From assembly GCA_942490685.1 (NCBI GenBank), contig CALNXW010000016.1, positions 105,144 to 169,143 on the forward strand: a stretch of DNA of 64,000 nucleotides, read 5' to 3'. Of this stretch, positions 40,551 through 47,612 are shown one piece after another. How positions within the stretch are numbered: the stretch's first letter is position 1; the number at the start of each line of letters is the position of its first letter. Made by a program: the position numbers and the translations under genes. This DNA comes from an uncultured bacterium (GTDB lineage Bacteria > Bacteroidota > Ignavibacteria > Kapaibacteriales > UBA2268). The notes under the pieces are model-generated. The model saw only the letters and a list, made by a program, of their open reading frames with translations, was not told the DNA's origin and did not search any database.

Positions 40551-41591
40551 TTATACCTTATCTTTTTGGTAGGGGTGAATACCCTGCAAAAACATCTCAG
40601 CTTCATTTACATCTTCTTCACTTCCAATAATAACAGGAGTACGCTGGTGAATTGAATGAGGTTTTATGCTCAAAATTCGTCTTTCTCCGTCAATAGCTCT
40701 TCCACCTGCTTGCTCTACAATCATCGCTAGTGCGTTTGCTTCGTATACAAGGCGCAGTTTGCCATCCTTATAATGTGAATCGCGATAATAAAGATATATA
40801 CCGCCATAATGAAGAGTTCTGTGAATGTCTGCTACTCCGGTTGCAATATATCTGAGAGAATAAGGCCTGGTGCCATCTTCAGAAATCTCATTCAGATATT
40901 CAATATATTGTTGATTCCATTTATGCCATTTATTAAAATAGCCAACATTTGTAGAGTATATGGAACCTCTTGATGGAATTTTAAGATTCTTTTTAGTAAG
41001 TAGGAATTCGCCTAAAGTAGGATCATAAGTAAATACATTTACACCGTGCCCGGTAGTATAAACCAGATTTGTTGAAGAGCCATATAGAACATAGCCGGCA
41101 GCAACTTGTTTATAACCCGGTTGTAAAAGATCTTCTACTGTGCCTGGTGTATCCAATTTAGTATCTAATCTTTTATATACTGAAAATATAGTTCCGATTG
41201 TAACATTTGCATCAATATTATTAGATCCGTCAAGAGGATCGAAGGCTACAACGTATTTACCACATTTTCCATTTTCAGGAAGGATAATATCATCATTTTC
41301 TTCAGAAGCCATTACACAGACATTTCCGCCCTTAAGAAGAGCACCTTTTATCACATCGTTAGAATAAGTATCTAATTTTCTTACCTGTTCGCCGTGGATA
41401 TTAGTTTTTTTTGAAAGTCCGAGTATATCATTTAGGCCTGCTCTACGCACGTCCCTTGATATAATTCTTATCGCAAACATAATATCATGTAGTAAAGAGG
41501 AAAAATCTCCCGTTGCTTCCGGGTGCAAATCTTCTTCCTCGGCAATATGGTGATCTATCGTAACTAATCGATGAGTAGTAGCAAAAGGCAT
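40551..41591 (-). CDS. fbp: Fructose-1,6-bisphosphatase class 1
   Basis: GEQVRKLD, SEE, FDPLDGSNNID..GTIFS, LRLVYEAN. Confidence 0.96.
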   Translation of the reverse strand: MPFATTHRLVTIDHHIAEEEDLHPEATGDFSSLLHDIMFAIRIISRDVRRAGLNDILGLSKKTNIHGEQVRKLDTYSNDVIKGALLKGGNVCVMASEENDDIILPENGKCGKYVVAFDPLDGSNNIDANVTIGTIFSVYKRLDTKLDTPGTVEDLLQPGYKQVAAGYVLYGSSTNLVYTTGHGVNVFTYDPTLGEFLLTKKNLKIPSRGSIYSTNVGYFNKWHKWNQQYIEYLNEISEDGTRPYSLRYIATGVADIHRTLHYGGIYLYYRDSHYKDGKLRLVYEANALAMIVEQAGGRAIDGERRILSIKPHSIHQRTPVIIGSEEDVNEAEMFLQGIHPYQKDKV

Positions 41592-41681
41592 AGAATTATC
41601 CGTGCATTGTTTCTTTAATCTGTAAACTTACAGTAAATTTCTGTATAAACAAAGTTAGACTCATATTTTTATAAAAAATTG

Positions 41682-41978
41682 TTAAATCAGTTGGTTTGGC
41701 TTATCATTTATAAGGCTTCTTAATTCTTTTCTTTTATTGCGAACATACTGTTCAGAGCAGGATAGTTCATAAGCTAACTTCTTAGTATCCTTTGATTTAT
41801 TAGAGCTTAAATAATTATGTACAAAGGAGTCAAGCCTTGTAATCTTTGGTATGTAAAATTGTGCCCCCGAATAAGATTTTAGGAGTTTTCTTACATTTTC
41901 GATGCCAATTACATCTGCTAAATCTTTAAGATCTTCAGTTAAATCTTCTTGACTAATCAAACCATAAATATCTAACAT
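41682..41978 (-). CDS. Mor transcription activator-like protein (phage Mu Mor/C family)
   Basis: DLADVIGIENVRKLLKSYSGAQFYIPK followed by a C-terminal HTH (KKLAYELSCSEQYVRN). Confidence 0.7.
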   Translation of the reverse strand: MLDIYGLISQEDLTEDLKDLADVIGIENVRKLLKSYSGAQFYIPKITRLDSFVHNYLSSNKSKDTKKLAYELSCSEQYVRNKRKELRSLINDKPNQLI

Positions 41979-41996
41979 ATTCAGTCCTCGTAAGTA

Positions 41997-42123
41997 GTAA
42001 TAATTACTTGTATTAGTAATAAAATTATATTATATTGTCGCTTGTGATCAAGAAATAGTTAGAGATAAAAGTATATATTATTTATAGTAGTAATATTTAC
42101 CAACAAGAATAAGTATATTTTAC
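41997..42123. promoter_or_regulatory. Three operator-like palindromes GTA-W5-TAC in the divergent intergenic region
   Basis: GTAATAATTAC (41997-42007), GTAATATTTAC (42090-42100), GTATATTTTAC (42113-42123). The first two are both preceded by AGTA. Confidence 0.55.
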
Positions 42124-42141
42124 TTTTTATGCAAGAAAAAA

Positions 42142-42528
42142 ATGGATGATTTAAAAAAAAATATAGGTCGTAGATTGAAGGAAGTCCGGTTGTTTGCTTT
42201 TGATGGCATGACAGTAAGCCGGTTTGCAGAAATTCTTCATGAAAAAGCTGCAAATATTTCGAACTACGAACAAGGGAAAGCAAATATTCCTAATAGAGTT
42301 TTAGTGGAACTCTATTATAAAGGGATCAATCCCATTTACATACTTACAGGTGAAGGAGATAAGCAGCGTCTACAGGCTGATATACCTGAAAGCGATGATG
42401 CCAAGGTCAATCAGTCGAAATTGCAATTCTTAATGGATAAAGCAAACGAGATGACTGCCGTAGCAGGTGATATACTTAAATATGTGAAAGAACAAACAGA
42501 TTTGGATGATCCAAGCACAAAAAGTTAA
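42142..42528 (+). CDS. XRE/CI-like helix-turn-helix transcriptional regulator
   Basis: IGRRLKEVR...ISNYEQGKANIP...INPIYILTGEG. Confidence 0.85.
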   Translation: MDDLKKNIGRRLKEVRLFAFDGMTVSRFAEILHEKAANISNYEQGKANIPNRVLVELYYKGINPIYILTGEGDKQRLQADIPESDDAKVNQSKLQFLMDKANEMTAVAGDILKYVKEQTDLDDPSTKS

Positions 42529-43111
42529 GTCATTAGTAGATATCAGCGATTATCAACTATATAATCTTGTTAAGAAATATACTTTCCAAGAACTCTTAGG
42601 CTATTCTCACCAATCAAAAAAACTTACACATGCAATTTCTGAATGCAAAAGACGCAGAAAAGGTATCTATCAAAGAGCAAGTGAAGATGCCTTTTTAGAA
42701 TTTCTGATTTCTAAAGATCTTGACAGAGAAATAAATAAAACGCTTTCTTTTGCTTTTGCCAGTAGTGAAGAAGTACAGAATATTGCACCTGAAATAAAAA
42801 AACTACTCCCAGAAGCTGTTGATTTTTCAAGATATGACATATATAACGTTTCGGGAGATTCGATGATAAATGCCGGCATAAAAGATGGAGATCATGTGCT
42901 GGTAGATACAAAAGCTGAAGCACGGGAAGATGATATTATAGTTGCCATTTATATCGAACGTATTTTTATAAAACGATATAAAGAAATTGACGGAAATATT
43001 TATCTTTTCTCTGAAAATCCTAAATTCTCTCCATTTAAAGTATATAACCGGAGCAATCTCAAAATACTGGGTGTGGTTAAGTTCAAAATATCAGCTGTAA
43101 ATGCTATTTAG
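42506..43111 (+). CDS. S24 (LexA/UmuD/CI-type) peptidase-domain protein without a recognisable HTH
   Basis: VSGDSMINAGIKDGDHVLVD (catalytic Ser), FIKRY (catalytic Lys), LFSENPKF. Confidence 0.85.
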   Translation: MIQAQKVKSLVDISDYQLYNLVKKYTFQELLGYSHQSKKLTHAISECKRRRKGIYQRASEDAFLEFLISKDLDREINKTLSFAFASSEEVQNIAPEIKKLLPEAVDFSRYDIYNVSGDSMINAGIKDGDHVLVDTKAEAREDDIIVAIYIERIFIKRYKEIDGNIYLFSENPKFSPFKVYNRSNLKILGVVKFKISAVNAI

Positions 43112-43340
43112 AAAGTCACGATATTAAATTTATCTAATCTATACTCAACTCAAATCAAATACTGCTGTATAAAGTTCAAAATTCACGTATTGCTTTTCAC
43201 TGTTCCTGGTAAAATATGAACCAGTTTTCAAAATATCCTTTCTTTTTACACATCTTTGGAAAATCCTCTTTAAATGATTATTTTGCAAGACCTTATTTAA
43301 ATAGAATAACAGACTTATAAATCTATTCGGAATATAGACT

Positions 43341-44441
43341 ATGAAAACAACCAGATTTCATGCTATCCATAAAGAGCTAGGCGCTAAAATGGTTAGTTTT
43401 GCAGGTTTTGAAATGCCAATCCAATACCCAAAAGGTATTATTGCTGAGCATAATGTTGTTCGTAATGCTATTGGTGTATTCGATGTTGCTCACATGGGTG
43501 AATTCGAAGTAAAAGGCGAAGATGCATTAAATTTTGTACAAAAAATTACTGTGAACGATGCTGCTAAGCTTGTTGCAGGTCAAGTACAATATAGTGCAAT
43601 GTGTTTGGAAAATGGTGGTATCGTTGACGATTTACTTGTTTACTGTATCGTTCCGGGCACTGAATATATGCTTGTTGTGAATGGTGCAAACATAGAAAAA
43701 GATTGGAACTGGTGCGTTAAAAATGCTGTAGGCATGAAAGTAGAACTTAATGATGCTACTGATGATATCAACCTTTTAGCTGTGCAAGGTCCAAAATCAA
43801 GAGAAGCTTTGCAAAAAATTACTAAAGAAGATATCTCAGAAGAAGCTTTACCTTTTTATCACTACAAATTTGGTGAATTAGGTGGAGTGGAAATGTGTAT
43901 CTCTCGTACAGGTTACACTGGCGAATTAGGTTATGAATTATATTTCCGTGGGGATGAAGAAATTGCTCGCAAAGTATGGAATGCAGTGTTCGAAGCAGGT
44001 GCAGAATTTGGAATCGAACCTACAGGTCTTGGCTGTCGCGATACATTAAGAATGGAAAAAGCTTATATGCTTTACGGAAATGACATAACTGAAGAAACTA
44101 ATCCTTTAGAAGCAGGTCTTGGCTGGATTACTAAATTAGCTAAGGGCGAATTTAATGGTTCTGATGTTTTGGCTAAAGTAAAAGAAGAAAAACCTTCTCG
44201 CAGATTAGTTGGTTTTATCTCTGATGCAGAAAGATTTATCCCTCGCTCTCACTATAAAATCTTTATCGATGGTGAAGAAGCAGGTTTTGTAACAAGTGGT
44301 AACCTTTCTCCAACACTTGGTAAACCAATAGGCTTAGGTTATGTTCCTTGGGACAAAAAAGATGCAGGTACAAAAATTGAAATTGAAGCAAGAGGTAAAA
44401 AATTCCCTGCTGAAATTATCAAATTACCTTTCGTAAAATAG
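43341..44441 (+). CDS. gcvT: Glycine cleavage system T protein
   Basis: FAGFEMPIQY, FDVAHMGE, SRTGYTGELGYE, GLGCRDTLRME. Confidence 0.97.
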   Translation: MKTTRFHAIHKELGAKMVSFAGFEMPIQYPKGIIAEHNVVRNAIGVFDVAHMGEFEVKGEDALNFVQKITVNDAAKLVAGQVQYSAMCLENGGIVDDLLVYCIVPGTEYMLVVNGANIEKDWNWCVKNAVGMKVELNDATDDINLLAVQGPKSREALQKITKEDISEEALPFYHYKFGELGGVEMCISRTGYTGELGYELYFRGDEEIARKVWNAVFEAGAEFGIEPTGLGCRDTLRMEKAYMLYGNDITEETNPLEAGLGWITKLAKGEFNGSDVLAKVKEEKPSRRLVGFISDAERFIPRSHYKIFIDGEEAGFVTSGNLSPTLGKPIGLGYVPWDKKDAGTKIEIEARGKKFPAEIIKLPFVK

Positions 44442-44463
44442 TCTTTGACTATAACAAATAAAG

Positions 44464-44504
44464 AAAACGCCAAAATTACACATCAGTAGTTTTGGCGTTT
44501 TTTT
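44464..44504. terminator. Bidirectional terminator
   Basis: AAAACGCCAAAA/TTTTGGCGTTTT stem. Confidence 0.75.
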
Positions 44505-44547
44505 ATATTATGTGCATATAATCAGTTAATAGATCAATATTGTAACT

Positions 44548-45096
44548 CTATTTGAGCTTGAAGGTTTGCATAATCTTTGCAGCAATATTTGCATAAGTCT
44601 CATATTGTGTTTCTTCACAAGTAAAGGTAATTACATAAGCTTTGTCGTCCTTTATTCTATAATATTGAACCCATTTCAAACTATTCGATCCTATTTTTAC
44701 AGAATATACCAATTTATGATATACAAAATTACCTATGCTTACTCTTGTTGATTCAATTATGATTCCTTCTCTTACTCCTCTTTTAATCTGCGATTCAACT
44801 AAGTTCATATAAGCATCTAAGTTATAATTGCTTCCTTCAATATTATCAATATTCAAATTGATGCTCTCCACAACCTTTTCTCCATCAGAGGTCTCTGTTG
44901 AATAAAAAGTAAATCCTTTGTCTTTTTTCTCAGAAACAAATAGTTTTAAAGTATCAGGATATTGAATCGAAAAATTAGAATCATCAAACAATTCCCAATT
45001 TTCCGAGAATTCCAATTTGTTCTCCTCTTTGCTCTGCCCTAAAGCTACAAAACAGACAGTTAGTAAGGCTAAACCAACAAATAGCATGTTTTTCAT
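44548..45096 (-). CDS. Secreted PsbP/DUF1795-like protein
   Basis: Signal peptide; FSIQYP; C-terminal KAYVITFTC...IMQTFKLK. Confidence 0.6.
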   Translation of the reverse strand: MKNMLFVGLALLTVCFVALGQSKEENKLEFSENWELFDDSNFSIQYPDTLKLFVSEKKDKGFTFYSTETSDGEKVVESINLNIDNIEGSNYNLDAYMNLVESQIKRGVREGIIIESTRVSIGNFVYHKLVYSVKIGSNSLKWVQYYRIKDDKAYVITFTCEETQYETYANIAAKIMQTFKLK

Positions 45097-45244
45097 TGTA
45101 AAACACTTTATAATATGAAATAAAAAAGTAAATACAATTTACATTATTTCTAAATACTGAAGCTATAATAATCCAAGATTTAATACAAAACGTCCTGTAT
45201 GTAGTACAATTCTATATATATACTGTATAATATAAAGGACGTAT

Positions 45245-46432
45245 TTAATATAAAAATCCAAACATCCATAGAGGTATTTTGTTCTCAAATCCAAATTCAA
45301 TGTCATCACTCACCACGAATGAGTTATCTATCTCTCGAATCTGGTGTTTTTGCTTATTTTTTCCACCAATTTCAAATGTATATTTATCTGCTACTAAAAA
45401 ATCTGATTTATTTGATGAGCAAATTTTGTACTTATGTTTTAATTGATTTAAAAAGAATGTTTCTCTAATATTCCCTATTTCAGGTTTATCGGCAGACAGG
45501 CTATAGCTCAAAGTAGAGTTATTCAAATATATTTTCTCCGGTTTACTTAGGCGTGTGATCCCTTTTTTATTGTCATATAGTGTATTAATTAGTTCAGCTC
45601 TTTCAAGTATATTTATCATCTTCAAAACAGTCTCTCTATTAGTCTTCATCTTTTCTGCGAGTTTTGTAATATTGGGCTTGAAAGGTACGCTCTCTGATAT
45701 AATTGCTAATAATTTTTTCGCTTTAAGAACTGTCTCATAGCTAAACTTTTCTATCAACTGGATATCATTTTCAATAATTATATTTATAATATTATCCAAT
45801 TTTATAGGAACCATTTCAGGTGACTCTATAAAAAACGGATACGCACCGTATCTCAAATAATTTTTGAAATGCTTGATTGGAAGAATCTTTTGATTGATAT
45901 CATGAGCTATTTTTATGTGCCTCTCCAATATTTGCTCCAATGAAAGTACCGGGAATTCAATATTCTCGCTTAACATCAGGTACTCTCGAAAAGACATCGT
46001 CGGCATGCGATATAATATCATCCTTCTACTTAAATCAGCGTTGCCCTTATAAATTTCAAGAATTGAAGAACCCGAAATAACCATTTTCAGTTCAGGGTAA
46101 AAGTCATATATGTTTTTCAACTCGGTTGACCAATTAGGATATTTATGAACTTCATCCAAATATAAATATTTCCCACCACGCATCACGAAATTATCTACTA
46201 AGTCACTTAGCTTATTTTCGGTAAAGTAAATATCGTCTAAAGTGAGATATATGCTTTCGTCAAGTGGCAACTTTGAAAGCATTTGAAGCATCATAGTAGT
46301 TTTACCACTACCTCTGCTTCCAAGAATGCAAATTAATCTAGAATCCTCATTTACTTCTTTAATGAGGGATCTTGCAAAACTGGTATTCAGTTGATTAAGT
46401 CGCCTAAGATATTTAGAATGTAATCTTTCCAT
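45245..46432 (-). CDS. AAA_14/DUF4143-type ATP-binding protein; start moved to ATG 46432
   Basis: Walker A GSRGSGKT, Walker B LYLDEVH, ISGSS, PEKIYL, ETFFLNQL, FEIGGK. A TATATTTG motif (46464-46457, minus strand) overlaps the longer predicted start. Confidence 0.88.
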   Translation of the reverse strand: MERLHSKYLRRLNQLNTSFARSLIKEVNEDSRLICILGSRGSGKTTMMLQMLSKLPLDESIYLTLDDIYFTENKLSDLVDNFVMRGGKYLYLDEVHKYPNWSTELKNIYDFYPELKMVISGSSILEIYKGNADLSRRMILYRMPTMSFREYLMLSENIEFPVLSLEQILERHIKIAHDINQKILPIKHFKNYLRYGAYPFFIESPEMVPIKLDNIINIIIENDIQLIEKFSYETVLKAKKLLAIISESVPFKPNITKLAEKMKTNRETVLKMINILERAELINTLYDNKKGITRLSKPEKIYLNNSTLSYSLSADKPEIGNIRETFFLNQLKHKYKICSSNKSDFLVADKYTFEIGGKNKQKHQIREIDNSFVVSDDIEFGFENKIPLWMFGFLY

Positions 46433-46465
46433 ATCAATATTGCATGTTATAAAGTACAAATATAA

Positions 46466-46500
46466 ATAAAAAACGTCCTTTTAGTAGGACGTTTTTTATA
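46466..46500 (-). terminator. Intrinsic terminator following the duplicated gene end
   Basis: AAAAAACGTCCT/AGGACGTTTTTT stem. Confidence 0.75.
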
Positions 46501-46526
46501 AAAGTAATATTGTTTAAGCAAATAAT

Positions 46527-46668
46527 CTACTCCACTTCAATCTCACCCAAATCAACAACGCCCTTATCAATTTTTATCTTAACAACATTCTCCTGCATTT
46601 TCTGGTTTGGTCTGCCGTAATTAGTATATATTTTGCAGCGAATCTGTGGATCAATACTAGATTTTTGT
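46527..46668 (-). repeat. Orphan duplicate of the last 46 codons and stop of the VIT/DUF2135 gene (attR-like)
   Basis: 142-bp direct repeat of 47613-47754 (offset 1086) with about 6 substitutions; frame preserved. Confidence 0.92.
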
Positions 46669-46699
46669 ATGCGGTGAAAAAAAGTTAGATATTGTATTC

Positions 46700-47356
46700 C
46701 TATAAATTGTTTTTTGAGTAGAAAGTTTCTATTTGAATAATTTTAGTCTCGGTTTTCACTAATTGAGATAAAAAGATATCTATATCATCAGCTAACCAAA
46801 GTAAAAGATTTTTTGAAATATTATTGATTTCTCTTACGTATTTTAGATTCCACACAATCGGCTCATAATGAAAAATTCTGTTCCTAAATTTTCTAATATG
46901 GTTTATAGGGCTACTGACTTTTCGTAATTGCCTGTTTTTTTTCTCTAAGTTAGGAAATGAAAGTCTCAAACTTTTCCATAGAGTAGCTGAGTATTTACTA
47001 TTAAAGAGTGCCGACCAAAATCCAAAAGATAGCTCTGCAACAATCTTATCTTTGTTCAATTTTTCATTCCTACTCAAGATTTTATTTTTAGCAATCATAA
47101 TTTCCTGTTTGAAATCAGGATGCTCTTCTGCGAACTTTTCAAACCATTCAGAGGAATTGTACTTTTTAGATAATTGTAAGTCGATCCGATTTCTCAGAAT
47201 AACTTCGATTAGTGCCAACAGCGGATAAAATGATTGAGACAATTCAATATTTTTTAGATATAATTCTACAGCTAATTCGTTGTCATAAAAGACTCTTTCT
47301 CTATATTTTCTAATTCTGCTTTTCGAAAATAAAATTTCAAAAGTTTCTTGTTGCAT
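46700..47356 (-). CDS. Abi-like (Abi_2/AbiF family) HEPN RNase
   Basis: FSKSRIRKY, LY.KNIELSQSFY..L..IEV.LRN, AELSFGFW, and HEPN motif RNRIFH followed by YEPI. Confidence 0.85.
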   Translation of the reverse strand: MQQETFEILFSKSRIRKYRERVFYDNELAVELYLKNIELSQSFYPLLALIEVILRNRIDLQLSKKYNSSEWFEKFAEEHPDFKQEIMIAKNKILSRNEKLNKDKIVAELSFGFWSALFNSKYSATLWKSLRLSFPNLEKKNRQLRKVSSPINHIRKFRNRIFHYEPIVWNLKYVREINNISKNLLLWLADDIDIFLSQLVKTETKIIQIETFYSKNNL

Positions 47357-47390
47357 ACTAATCCACTTTTTATTATATTATTCTTGCAGT

Positions 47391-47435
47391 CCCGGTAATT
47401 CCTCTCCCGTACTTAGTGACGGTGATGAATCCGGG
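47391..47435 (-). ncRNA. Candidate abiF-type structured RNA (antitoxin or leader hairpin)
   Basis: GC-rich hairpin in ~25% GC DNA, 34 nt upstream of the Abi ATG: CCCGG-ATTC-..-CCGT-cactaagt-ACGG-..-GAAT-ta-CCGGG. TAnnTTTG motifs upstream at 47495-47488 and 47555-47548. Confidence 0.6.
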
Positions 47436-47562
47436 TTTTTTTATTTATAGACAATTATAGATATCTCTTTACATTCCCGACAATATCCAAAAATATATTT
47501 TAATAATTCTGTTTTTTTACTCATTGTTGAACTTATTTGTGCTTTGTCAAAAGTACTGCGAA

Positions 47563-47596
47563 TAAAAAAAACGCCCTGCAAGCAGAACGTTTTGTT
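47563..47596 (-). terminator. Intrinsic terminator of the VIT/DUF2135 gene
   Basis: AACGTTCTGC/GCAGGGCGTT stem with G:U pairs plus T-tract. Confidence 0.65.
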
Positions 47597-47612
47597 TAAT
47601 AGTTAAATCTTG

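Noticed and set aside
41682-43111. Intact prophage
   Set aside because: No integrase, terminase, capsid, tail or lysis genes; flanked directly by fbp and gcvT.
45187-47596. Integron attC cassette array
   Set aside because: The hairpins are too short or lack the proper R-box pairing, no integron integrase is in the window, and the cassettes carry their own promoter motifs.
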